63,883 bases of DNA. It comes from Candidatus Enterousia sp. Lineage in GTDB: Bacteria; Pseudomonadota; Alphaproteobacteria; Rs-D84. The notes under the pieces were generated by a model. The model saw only the letters and a program-made list of their open reading frames with translations, had not been told where the DNA came from and made no database searches. This document shows, piece by piece, positions 8,748 to 17,737 of this stretch (positions are counted from its first letter, which is position 1; every line of letters starts with the position of its first letter). Position numbers and translations under genes: made by a program. The stretch spans positions 1-63,883 of the forward strand of contig JAZNAO010000023.1 of NCBI GenBank assembly GCA_045586565.1, in the 5' to 3' direction.

Positions 8748-9854
8748 ATGCCAAAAGTTTCCGTTATTGTTCCATGTTATAATGTTGCGCCATATGTGGC
8801 AAAATGTCTGGACAGTTTGGTCGCTCAGACTTTGCAGGACATTGAAATTATTTGCGTTGATGATAAATCAACAGACGACACCGCGAAAATTGTGGCAGAA
8901 TACGCCAAACGTGACAAGCGCATAAAACTGATTAAACAACGCAAAAATCAGGGTGTGTCCGTGGCCCGCAACACCGCAATCGATGCCGCCCATGGGGAAT
9001 TTATCGGGTTTATGGATAGTGATGATTTATTGCCAGACCCAGAAGTTTTATCCGACATGTATAATGCGGCCATACAAAATAAGGTTAAAATCTGTGGTGG
9101 CTCCATTATCAGATGGAACCCAAATACAGGTGAAGCAAAAATACACAGCAATCCTGTGGACAAATTTCCATCAAATGGCATGGTAAAATATTCAGATTGG
9201 CCCAACGATTATGGTTTTACACGCTTTATTTACGACAGAAAATGGTTGATAAAAAATAAAATTCTGTTTCCAACCTATATCCGACACGAAGACCCTGTGT
9301 TCTTTGTGCACGCAATGTGTTTGGCAGGAGAGTTTTATGCATTAAGTCGCCCAACGTATAAATATCGTGTATCTTATAAATCCGTAAATTGGACAGACCA
9401 ATCGGTTCATGATGTTTTTTGTGGTCTGCGCGATTGCCTGAATATCGCGAAAGAATTCAATATGCCCCAATTATATTTTAACATTGTCAAACACACAGAT
9501 AATTTCGTCAGACGTGTTCGGTCTGTAAACGAATACGCAGTATACAAAATAATATGTGACGTAATGGAACAAATTGCAGAATGTATGCCAAATAATTTTG
9601 TGCCTGCAAGATTCTATTTGAACATGCTGAAAAAACATAATAAAAAACTTTATGATTTCTATGTCAAAGATTCAATTCGCAACAAACATATTTATTTGTT
9701 TAACCTGATACCAATATTCCGTATTAAGTATGCGCGTTCGGGGATGAGTTTGTACTTGTTTGAGAGTCTGCCACTGGGGCGCTGTGACGCGGACAATAAA
9801 TCACGTAGATATTATTTATTCAACATAATCCCAATATTAAAAATCCGGGGTTAA
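8748..9854 (+). CDS. family 2 glycosyltransferase
   Basis: VSVIVPCYNVAPYVAKCLDSLVAQT...IICVDDKSTDDT...GFMDSDD is the GT-A/GT2 signature. The C-terminus carries repeated YLFNxIPIxxIK motifs. Confidence 0.88.
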   Translation: MPKVSVIVPCYNVAPYVAKCLDSLVAQTLQDIEIICVDDKSTDDTAKIVAEYAKRDKRIKLIKQRKNQGVSVARNTAIDAAHGEFIGFMDSDDLLPDPEVLSDMYNAAIQNKVKICGGSIIRWNPNTGEAKIHSNPVDKFPSNGMVKYSDWPNDYGFTRFIYDRKWLIKNKILFPTYIRHEDPVFFVHAMCLAGEFYALSRPTYKYRVSYKSVNWTDQSVHDVFCGLRDCLNIAKEFNMPQLYFNIVKHTDNFVRRVRSVNEYAVYKIICDVMEQIAECMPNNFVPARFYLNMLKKHNKKLYDFYVKDSIRNKHIYLFNLIPIFRIKYARSGMSLYLFESLPLGRCDADNKSRRYYLFNIIPILKIRG

Positions 9855-9857
9855 GAT

Positions 9858-10457
9858 ATGAAAAGAATTAAATTATTTGATCTTATAACTGTTGGTTGGA
9901 TACGGATAAAGCAGAATAAAACAACTGTTTATATCTTTGGCATACCAATCGTATCATTTAAAACCAAACGACATGTAAACGGTTTTAATAATGAGTGGAC
10001 ACGCGAGATATATAGAAAGTGTAAATGTGGTCAAAATGTTTGGTGCGGTGGTCCAACGCGGCTTACAAAACATTGTGAATTGGCAGACAATGTTTCTTTT
10101 AATGGATGCGAAGTACATGGTGATGGTCGCGTGGTGTTTGGCAAACATTTTCACAGCGGCGTTCAGTTACTGATAATCACCAGGAACCATAATTATGACA
10201 CAGGCCAACATATACCCTATTCACCTGATGATTATATCAGGAAAGATGTGATTATCGGCGATTTTGTATGGGTCGGTTCACGTGTTACGATACTGCCGGG
10301 AACCAAAATTGGCGAAGGTGCCATTATTCAAGCAGGTGCAGTTGTTCATGGCGATATACCGCCATGCGCGATTGTTGGCGGGAATCCTGCAAAAGTCTTT
10401 ATGTATCGTGATAAAGAACACTTTTATAAATTAAAAGAACAAGGTATGTTTCACTAA
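9858..10457 (+). CDS. hexapeptide-repeat (LbH) acetyltransferase
   Basis: IGDFVWVGSRVTILPGTKIGEGAIIQAGAVVHGDIPPCAIVGGNPAKV is a left-handed beta-helix O-acetyltransferase pattern. Confidence 0.85.
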   Translation: MKRIKLFDLITVGWIRIKQNKTTVYIFGIPIVSFKTKRHVNGFNNEWTREIYRKCKCGQNVWCGGPTRLTKHCELADNVSFNGCEVHGDGRVVFGKHFHSGVQLLIITRNHNYDTGQHIPYSPDDYIRKDVIIGDFVWVGSRVTILPGTKIGEGAIIQAGAVVHGDIPPCAIVGGNPAKVFMYRDKEHFYKLKEQGMFH

Positions 10458-10479
10458 AATATACAAGGGGTTAGGCAAT

Positions 10480-11754
10480 ATGTCTGTTATAACTTTTAAA
10501 GCCAGAAGTAAATATTTATATATCAAATTGTGCGGCATCCCGTTTCGAATAAAACACGGTAAACTGTCACGAAAAATGGTAGAACAATTGTTGGCAATGC
10601 GTTATAAGAAAAAGCTTAAAGTCATACGACAAAAGAAAAAAATTCGTGTTGGATTCTTGGTGGCAGAACCCGCCAAATGGGGGTATCAGTCTGTATATGA
10701 TGCGTTTGCAACGGAAAATCGTTTTGAACCAGTGATAATGACCACGAAACTGTCATTCGAACATAATAACGGAACAACCAATTATAAAACAATGGCAGAT
10801 TGTAAAGATTTCTTTGAACAAAAAGGGATGCGTGTAGAATCTGCATATGATGAAGCAAACAAACAATACATCCCGTTAAATAAAATGGATGTCGATATCG
10901 TTTTCTATGAACAACCTTGGGAATTAGACCAATCTCAACACCCAATAAATGTATCAAAATATGCAATCACTTGTTATTCATCGTATGGATTTGAATTGAT
11001 GAATTATTCTGGTTCTTATATGGAAAACTTTCATAGATGGATTGATTTTTTCTTTACCGTATCTGATGCGACATATGCATATATAAAAGACATTGCAAAA
11101 AATATGTCAAATGTATTTATTGTTGGATGGCCCAAGTTAGATGTATACCCAGATATTAAGCCGGCAAAACCCAGCAAGCCAATTATTATTTATGCGCCAC
11201 ACCATTCTTTTGAAGAAAACGGCCTAAATTTAGCGACGTTTCAATATAACGGGCAATTTATTTTAGATTTAGCAAAAAAATATGCCGATAAATTTGACTG
11301 GTACTTTAAACCACACCCCAGATTAAAACACGCACTGATAAAAAATAATATTATGACAGAACAGGAAGCCAATGATTACTATATGCAGTGGCAAAAAGTT
11401 GGTAAAATATGTGACAGCGGCGATTATTTTGAAATGTTTCAAGAATCATCAGCAATGATTACTGACTGTTGTTCTTTCTTGGGTGAATATTTGCCAACAG
11501 AAAAACCTGTTTTTCATCTTATAAATACAAAAGCACAGTTTAACGATGTGGCAAATTCATTTATTGGAACATATTATCAAATATACGATAATAAGCAATT
11601 GGTTAACGAGTTTGAACGTGTATTGATTGATGGCGACGATCATAAAAGAGCAATGCGTAAAAGTAAAATTCCATTGCTGTATGATAAAAATGAAAAAGCA
11701 GGTGTAAAAATATATAAAAAAATATTAGATTCATTGGAATACAAGGACGTATAA
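10480..11754 (+). CDS. CDP-glycerol/polyol-phosphate glycerophosphotransferase (TagB/TagF family)
   Basis: IIIYAPHHSF, FKPHPRLKH and SAMITDCCSFLGEYLPTEKPVFH match the TagF-family motifs (YAPTxR, HP, ITDYSS..fD....kP). Confidence 0.8.
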   Translation: MSVITFKARSKYLYIKLCGIPFRIKHGKLSRKMVEQLLAMRYKKKLKVIRQKKKIRVGFLVAEPAKWGYQSVYDAFATENRFEPVIMTTKLSFEHNNGTTNYKTMADCKDFFEQKGMRVESAYDEANKQYIPLNKMDVDIVFYEQPWELDQSQHPINVSKYAITCYSSYGFELMNYSGSYMENFHRWIDFFFTVSDATYAYIKDIAKNMSNVFIVGWPKLDVYPDIKPAKPSKPIIIYAPHHSFEENGLNLATFQYNGQFILDLAKKYADKFDWYFKPHPRLKHALIKNNIMTEQEANDYYMQWQKVGKICDSGDYFEMFQESSAMITDCCSFLGEYLPTEKPVFHLINTKAQFNDVANSFIGTYYQIYDNKQLVNEFERVLIDGDDHKRAMRKSKIPLLYDKNEKAGVKIYKKILDSLEYKDV

Positions 11755-11756
11755 AC

Positions 11757-12452
11757 ATGAAAAATTATGCAGTTATATTAGCATCGGGTATTGGCAGTCG
11801 ATATGGGCAAGAATTGCCAAAACAATTTGTTGTGGTGGCTGGCAAAACAATACTGGAACATACATTGGATATATTTCAACAAGCCAATAATATTGATGAT
11901 ATTATTGTTGTCATTACCCCAGAATACAGATATTTGGGCAAACAAATATTATCAAAAAATAATTATTCTAAAGTGTCACAATTATTAAATGGGGGTGCCA
12001 CACGCAAGGATAGTTCTGGAATTGGGATATCCGCAATTACAGATAAAGAAGCAAATGTATTGATTCACGATTGTGCACGTCCTTTCTTGAGCCAACGCAT
12101 CATCGATGATTGTGTTTCTGCGTTGGAAAAATATAATGCTATTGATGTCGCAATTCCTGCAACAGATACAATTATTGAAACCAATGATGACTTTATTTCA
12201 AACATACCAAACCGTGCGCGATTAATGTGCGGGCAGACACCACAATGTTTTAAGCTGTCTTTGATTAAACATGCACATCAATTGGCACAAAACGATCAAA
12301 ACTTTACAGACGATTGCGGTTTAATCTTAAAGTATAACCTATCGCCGATATATATTGTTCGTGGGGATGCAGAAAACATAAAAATCACCTATCCCAGTGA
12401 TATATTTTTGGCAGAAAAAATATTCCAGTCCAGACACGCAAAATCGAAATAA
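11757..12452 (+). CDS. IspD/TarI-family cytidylyltransferase (probably polyol-phosphate, TarI-like)
   Basis: The AVILASGIGSRYGQELPKQF N-terminal nucleotide-binding motif and the 231 aa length fit the family. The position next to a TagF-like gene argues for a glycan role rather than the MEP pathway. Confidence 0.8.
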   Translation: MKNYAVILASGIGSRYGQELPKQFVVVAGKTILEHTLDIFQQANNIDDIIVVITPEYRYLGKQILSKNNYSKVSQLLNGGATRKDSSGIGISAITDKEANVLIHDCARPFLSQRIIDDCVSALEKYNAIDVAIPATDTIIETNDDFISNIPNRARLMCGQTPQCFKLSLIKHAHQLAQNDQNFTDDCGLILKYNLSPIYIVRGDAENIKITYPSDIFLAEKIFQSRHAKSK

Positions 12453-12465
12453 TATGCATATACAA

Positions 12466-12494
12466 ATCTGGGGCAAAATGCCCCAGATTATTTT
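12466..12494. terminator. hairpin terminator between convergent genes
   Basis: atctggggc-aaaat-gccccagat followed by tatttt. It overlaps the stop codon of the minus-strand gene. Confidence 0.6.
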
Positions 12495-12748
12495 ATAACG
12501 GCGCTTTTGATGATGTTCAGGTCTTCTTTGATATCGTCGATTTTTATCTGAATCTGGCCGATGCCGGTTTCCAGTATCGTGGTGCGGTTCTCTAGTGCCG
12601 TTATGCGGACGTCAACACGTTCCAATTCGGCAATGGAAAAGTCTTGACGTGCCGCCCAATATATCAGACCCGCAACAAACGCAATTAAAAACCAACTGTC
12701 GCGCAAGAAATCAATTATCCCCAACGCCGAAGATGTACGTGTTGTCAT
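12488..12748 (-). CDS. phage-cluster small membrane/coiled-coil protein (86 aa)
   Basis: One TM (FLIAFVAGLIYWAA) followed by a coiled-coil-like tail. It is the last gene of the phage-like cluster and is tightly packed after the preceding gene. Confidence 0.5.
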   Translation of the reverse strand: MTTRTSSALGIIDFLRDSWFLIAFVAGLIYWAARQDFSIAELERVDVRITALENRTTILETGIGQIQIKIDDIKEDLNIIKSAVIK

Positions 12749-12749
12749 G

Positions 12750-12950
12750 TTATTTGTCCCCTTGGCCCCGCACTATATGCGTTTCAATTTGTTGAACCAA
12801 TGCACGTTGGGCCGCATGCCAGCGCAACTGGGCATCTGTGGCGTTTGCCCCCAACGTGCGATTAAAAATCGTTTCACGCAGGTGTTTTAACACCATCGCA
12901 CCAGATGGCGTCGAAAAACAACGCGCGTAATTTATATCAATGTCTGGCAT
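12750..12950 (-). CDS. Bbp19-like small phage protein
   Basis: YARCFSTPSGAMVLKHLRE... resembles my memory of the Bbp19-like phage domain. The ATG lies 1 nt after the portal stop codon. Confidence 0.45.
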   Translation of the reverse strand: MPDIDINYARCFSTPSGAMVLKHLRETIFNRTLGANATDAQLRWHAAQRALVQQIETHIVRGQGDK

Positions 12951-12951
12951 C

Positions 12952-14181
12952 TTATTCCCCCAGGGCTGTTTCAATTGCAGACATTTGGGCAATCGGTGCA
13001 ATATATTTTAATTCTGCATCGCCGTTTAATGTAATCGGTTCAATTACCCCGCGACGTGACAATATTTGCAGGCCCCTGTCGCACAGTGGTCGAATAAATT
13101 CATGCAACAGACGACCATATGTCGCCCCCAATATCCGCATCATGTCTGCATTGCGTGCCATAATTTCTGTGGCGGTCATTTCTTTTTCAGACAGCAACCC
13201 CAATCTGTCCGCCAGTAATGCATGGCGTATACGTTCGCGCAGGTCTTTCAGCACCAACTGCGACACGTCAAAGTCCGCGCCACTGGCCAACGGTGTCAGC
13301 CCAGACGACCCAACCGCCTTTGGTATAATCGCCCCCGGTGTCAGGTTGATATTATTCAAGTTTATAACACCATCATCGTCGGCCTGCCAGATGCCAGATA
13401 CGGCAATCGTTGCGTTCTTTAGAACCAATTCAACAACCTTGTTCGCAGTTTTTATATCTGGCAGTGCACGCAAGACAGGTCCACGGCCATACAATTCGCC
13501 CGATGATACAGACCAACGAAATATAATATATGGATTTGTTTCAAATGTACCGTGCGACACAATGTTATTTTCAATATCACCACCGACATCCAACCATGCG
13601 GTAAATTCTGTGCCAACCAGACTCTGCACCAGTTTTAGTGGGGTATCTGGGTCTTGTTTTATCGTATCGCGCAGATTGGCCGGCGGGGTCCATGTCGGAT
13701 ATTTATCCATGACTTCGCGTGCCGGCATTGATGTTGTATGAAATACTGCATTTGGTAAAATCGCAATATCAGACATTGGTATCGCCGTAAATGTAAATGC
13801 AGATGATGCACCAATTGGGGATTCTGCCATAAACAAACACGCCGTCCCCAATACGACCAAGTCCATATAACACTGATGAATAACCGTATAAAAATTAGAA
13901 TCGTTCAAATTTGCACGTAATTTGGATGTGGCAAATTCTGCATCAGGCGACAAAATACTTTCTGGCACCAGTGTCAGCCACATTGATTCTGGTGGGGTCA
14001 ACAGTGTGTATATCGATGCCGCCAGATTATCTGCCGCGTCCATCGCCGTTGCATCAAATAATGTTGCCGCATCATCATCAGCAGTTGGCATGGTATATTT
14101 GCGGGCATTATCCCAACGGTTTAACCATGGTGCGCGCATATCCAGTGCGCGTTTATACAAACTTTGCAGGTTTTGTTGCAT
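12952..14181 (-). CDS. podovirus head-to-tail connector (portal), T7 gp8-like
   Basis: Aligns by eye to T7 gp8. LYKRALDMRAPW..KYTMP matches VYERLKNDRAPY..QYTIP, NLAASIYTLLTPPESMW matches NLASKLMLALFPMQTW, the YGRGP block is shared, and TATEIMARNADMMRILGATYGRLLHEF matches TAEEIRYVASELEDTLGGVYSILSQEL. At 409 aa it is shorter than T7 gp8. Confidence 0.82.
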   Translation of the reverse strand: MQQNLQSLYKRALDMRAPWLNRWDNARKYTMPTADDDAATLFDATAMDAADNLAASIYTLLTPPESMWLTLVPESILSPDAEFATSKLRANLNDSNFYTVIHQCYMDLVVLGTACLFMAESPIGASSAFTFTAIPMSDIAILPNAVFHTTSMPAREVMDKYPTWTPPANLRDTIKQDPDTPLKLVQSLVGTEFTAWLDVGGDIENNIVSHGTFETNPYIIFRWSVSSGELYGRGPVLRALPDIKTANKVVELVLKNATIAVSGIWQADDDGVINLNNINLTPGAIIPKAVGSSGLTPLASGADFDVSQLVLKDLRERIRHALLADRLGLLSEKEMTATEIMARNADMMRILGATYGRLLHEFIRPLCDRGLQILSRRGVIEPITLNGDAELKYIAPIAQMSAIETALGE

Positions 14182-14210
14182 AAGGTTTCTCCTTTTGTTG
14201 TGTGTTATCT

Positions 14211-15074
14211 TTAAAGTTTGAAATTTGTGTTTGCAGTAAAAGTCTTTATCGTGCCACCAATTGGACGGGTTGGGGTTGGAACCTGGGCAATCGCGCCGGC
14301 AACTGCGTCCAGGCCGTCATCATGCATTCCACGCGCCAATGGCGACCATCCCAACATTTCAGATAATAGTGGTGTATTTTGAACACGTGTATGTGCATGC
14401 AGGCGTCCCGTGCTTAGCACTGGTTCAATCGCGTCCAGGATTCTGTCGGCCTTGGCACGTGTGTTCGATATGCGATTGACATAAATGTTTATGCCACGTC
14501 GCGACGCGCAATCGCGCATAATTTCTGGCAGACCGCCACCAATGCCATTGGTTTCAATTGTAATTCTATGTAAATTTCGTGCATGCATAAAATCTAACAC
14601 CATATCACATTGGCGCGACAGTGGAAATTGTTCGTCGTCTGAAACCGTCAGATATAAAATATCGTGAATAAATATATGGCGCGATTTATCGTCACGATAT
14701 AATAGCACGCATGCACTGCCGTCACGATGTGCACGGCCACTGGACGGGTCCCAATATAAAACACTGCCCGTGATATGCGATGCGCCAATTGTCGCGTTAC
14801 GCGGTTCAAATTCATCGTCATAAAAATGCAGTGCACCAGGATCCAGCCGTGCGCGTTCAGGGGACACAAATTCCAGCATCATCTGGGCAGAAAAATGTCG
14901 ATGTCCCACTGTTTCGCGCATTTGTTCGATTTTTTCAATCGGGAAAAGTTCCGGCCACGCCGGATTTCCGCACGTGTCTATTATCGGAATCTTTAATAAT
15001 TTATATCCGCATAAAAAAGGCGTTGAAAAAGCAAAATTTTCATATACCATTGAACCAAAGAAGGAATTAGACAT
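14211..15074 (-). CDS. large terminase, C-terminal (nuclease) half of a split gene
   Basis: CGYKLLKIP matches T7 gp19 RGYTTIIWP. RNase-H-like nuclease motifs are present: VLYWDPSSG, ITIETNGIGGG, HDDGLDAVAGA. The ORF is open up to 15149, and an in-frame ATG at 15074 is preceded by GGGGG. Confidence 0.8.
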   Translation of the reverse strand: MSNSFFGSMVYENFAFSTPFLCGYKLLKIPIIDTCGNPAWPELFPIEKIEQMRETVGHRHFSAQMMLEFVSPERARLDPGALHFYDDEFEPRNATIGASHITGSVLYWDPSSGRAHRDGSACVLLYRDDKSRHIFIHDILYLTVSDDEQFPLSRQCDMVLDFMHARNLHRITIETNGIGGGLPEIMRDCASRRGINIYVNRISNTRAKADRILDAIEPVLSTGRLHAHTRVQNTPLLSEMLGWSPLARGMHDDGLDAVAGAIAQVPTPTRPIGGTIKTFTANTNFKL

Positions 15075-16638
15075 GGATTTTACCCCCAAAACATTACCAA
15101 CAAATCTGGAAGCCGAACAGGCCGTATTGGCCGCAGTATTGATGAACAATCGCGCATTGGAACGCGTGTCTGAATTCCTGCGGGCGGAACACTTTTCGCA
15201 TCCCGCACACCAAGAAATATTTAAACTGGCCGAACGTCAATTCGCGGCTGGAATACCGTTTGATATTATTACTGCCAAGAACTATCTGGACCAACAAGGC
15301 GTTCTGGAATCTGTCGGTGGTGTAGATTATCTGACGCAATTGTCTGGCGCAGGCGCAACTGTTGTTAACGTTGAACAATACGGTCGCATCGTTTATGAAC
15401 ATGCAATGCGTCGCGATTTAATTGTACTGGGCCAAGATATTACAGACAAAGCATTTATCGAAGACTTGGATAATCCTGTGGCACGCCAGATTGAATTGGC
15501 GGAACAGAAACTGTTCGACATGGCAACCGCAGGGTCCGCAGAACGTGAAGTGACATCCATTTCAACAGCGTTACAGGCGGCACTGGCCGAAGCAGAAATC
15601 GCATACAAGGCCGATGGACAATTGTCGGGCCTTACCACTGGGTTAAGCGCACTGGACAAGTCAATCAGTGGTCTGCATCATTCTGACCTGATTATTATCG
15701 CAGGACGTCCCGCAATGGGAAAGACTACGTTGGCCATGAACATCGCGTTTAATGCCGCAAACGCAATCGCATACAATCGCGCAAACAAAAATTATAAGGG
15801 CGCCGTTGTTTTCTTTAGTTTGGAAATGTCTGCATCACAGTTGGCAGCACGTGTATTATCGTCACAATCAAAAATTCCGGCATCTGCAATGCGCGAAGGA
15901 ACGCTGACGGACGAAGACTTCTTGAAAATGTCACAATATTCTGCCGCAATCAGCAAGGTGCCACTGTTTATTGATGATACACCGGGTATGTCTGTGCCAA
16001 TGATGCGCACGCGCGCGCGTCGTTTGGCGCGTAAACACGGTGGAATTGCATTGATTGTGATTGACTATCTGCAATTGATGACCGCCCCAGGTGGAAAACG
16101 CAGTGATAATCGTGTTCAAGAAATTTCTGAAATCACACGTGGTCTGAAAATGTTGGCCAAGGAACTGGATGTACCGGTTATCGCCCTGTCCCAGTTATCA
16201 CGCAGTGTCGAAGCACGCGATGATAAACGTCCACAGTTGGCAGATTTACGTGAATCGGGTTCTATTGAACAAGACGCCGACATTGTTATGTTTACGTATC
16301 GTGAAGAATACTATCTGCAAAATCGCGACCCGTCCGAAAGATTGTCCAATACAACCAACAGTGCAATGGTGGAAAGTTGGCAAAAACGATTGGAACGCGC
16401 ACGTGGCAAGGCAGATATCATCATAGGAAAAAACCGTCACGGACGCCCAGAAACAGTGCGTACGGCATTCTTTGGCGATTACAGTTTGTTTGATAACCTG
16501 GACGAATTCCAGGCACGCGGCGAAAATGAATTTGCGTCCCCTGCACCAACGATTTCTGCATCTGCGTTGGAACCAGACCCAAATTTTGAACCGACTGCAA
16601 TTGATGCCGATGCAATCCCAGATGATATGCCATTGTAA
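15073..16638 (+). CDS. dnaB: replicative DNA helicase DnaB with acidic C-terminal extension
   Basis: N-terminal domain LEAEQAVLAAVLMNN, Walker A GRPAMGKTT, IVIDYLQLM, SQLSR and QDADIV motifs. AAGGAA RBS precedes the ATG at 15073. About 45 extra acidic/Pro-rich residues follow the conserved FDN end. Confidence 0.9.
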   Translation: MDFTPKTLPTNLEAEQAVLAAVLMNNRALERVSEFLRAEHFSHPAHQEIFKLAERQFAAGIPFDIITAKNYLDQQGVLESVGGVDYLTQLSGAGATVVNVEQYGRIVYEHAMRRDLIVLGQDITDKAFIEDLDNPVARQIELAEQKLFDMATAGSAEREVTSISTALQAALAEAEIAYKADGQLSGLTTGLSALDKSISGLHHSDLIIIAGRPAMGKTTLAMNIAFNAANAIAYNRANKNYKGAVVFFSLEMSASQLAARVLSSQSKIPASAMREGTLTDEDFLKMSQYSAAISKVPLFIDDTPGMSVPMMRTRARRLARKHGGIALIVIDYLQLMTAPGGKRSDNRVQEISEITRGLKMLAKELDVPVIALSQLSRSVEARDDKRPQLADLRESGSIEQDADIVMFTYREEYYLQNRDPSERLSNTTNSAMVESWQKRLERARGKADIIIGKNRHGRPETVRTAFFGDYSLFDNLDEFQARGENEFASPAPTISASALEPDPNFEPTAIDADAIPDDMPL

Positions 16639-16707
16639 TTATTTGCTTGCGCGGGAATCAAAATTTGACTATTATTTTGTCAAGAATTAGTCATTAGGAG
16701 TTTTGCC

Positions 16708-17715
16708 ATGGCACAAGAAGAAATTATATTTCCAAATAACATTCGCAACATCCGCTTGGCTGCGGGAATGAAAATGACCGAATTGGCGCGTCGCACAGGG
16801 TTGTCTTTATCTGCAGTATCAAAGATTGAAAAGGGCGTTCGTCGTTTAAACCAGAAACAATTGCTGAATGTGTGCAATATCTTAGGGTGCAAATTATCAG
16901 ACATCTTTATCAAAGAATCTGATGATGTCGCCGACCAATGGCAAAACGAAATTAAACGCCGTATGACAGACAACGAAAACAACGGTCTGAAAATATTCGG
17001 CAGTGGTCTGCGCAAAATCCGCCAACAGGCCGGCAAAACAATCGCACGCGCCGCCAAAGAAGCCGGAATGACATTATCTGTATATCACAAGATAGAGGTT
17101 GGTCAACGCGAAATATATACCGATGAAATTGAACCCTTGGCAAAATCTTTCGCATTGAATGCAGAACAAATGTTCGAAAAAATCGCAAACTTATACAAAT
17201 CAGGCGAATTGACCAAACAAATGAACAAGGTCAAAGAACGTGTGCAATCTGTGTTGGAACCGGGCAACCCACTGTCGGGAATGAATATCGGCGGCGGATT
17301 GTTTGGTGCGAAATTATATGACAGTGCACGTAAAAAATTGGTGCCTGTATTTGGAACACCGTCAGGCAAAGCCATCGCATTCAAAAAATCTGACAAAACA
17401 ATGATTGTGGCACCAATGTCATTGGAAGGACGTCGTGATATTTACGCCGTCATGCCTAATTCAAAGCGTCTGGGCGGTGTTATACCTGAAAAATCTTATG
17501 TTTTGGCAGACGCATCTGTCCCCGCACAGGTTGGTGATATGGCCATATGTATTGATGCGCAATTTGAATCATTAGATACAGATACAAATGTTACCGCACA
17601 TGTCGCGATGGTCAAGCAAGATGCCAAAGGTAAATTATACGGTCAACTGGTTGGACCAGATGAAAAAATAACATATCAAACAATGCACAAAGTTATTATG
17701 ATTGTGATGGAATAA
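16708..17715 (+). CDS. tandem XRE-HTH regulator with S24/CI-like C-terminal domain
   Basis: Two HTH_XRE-like units (IRNIRLAAGMKMTELARRTGLSLSAVSKIEKG and LRKIRQQAGKTIARAAKEAGMTLSVYHKIEVG). The C-terminal beta-rich region resembles the LexA/CI S24 fold (VPVFG..., GDMAI). Confidence 0.65.
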   Translation: MAQEEIIFPNNIRNIRLAAGMKMTELARRTGLSLSAVSKIEKGVRRLNQKQLLNVCNILGCKLSDIFIKESDDVADQWQNEIKRRMTDNENNGLKIFGSGLRKIRQQAGKTIARAAKEAGMTLSVYHKIEVGQREIYTDEIEPLAKSFALNAEQMFEKIANLYKSGELTKQMNKVKERVQSVLEPGNPLSGMNIGGGLFGAKLYDSARKKLVPVFGTPSGKAIAFKKSDKTMIVAPMSLEGRRDIYAVMPNSKRLGGVIPEKSYVLADASVPAQVGDMAICIDAQFESLDTDTNVTAHVAMVKQDAKGKLYGQLVGPDEKITYQTMHKVIMIVME

Positions 17716-17737
17716 CAACCATATACGGAGAGAGATA

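Noticed and set aside
12905-13741. 278-aa + strand ORF overlapping the portal gene (and similar antisense ORFs at 33863..34408, 48870..49574, 51176..51778, 37616..38143)
   Set aside because: These are shadow ORFs opposite genes with strong family motifs. Their sequences are low-complexity or Ser/Cys-rich, with no RBS.
15073-16638. Intein in DnaB (common in some lineages) as an explanation for its extra length
   Set aside because: The helicase motifs are contiguous with no Cys/Ser...HN splicing blocks. The extra length is a C-terminal acidic tail plus a short loop insertion.
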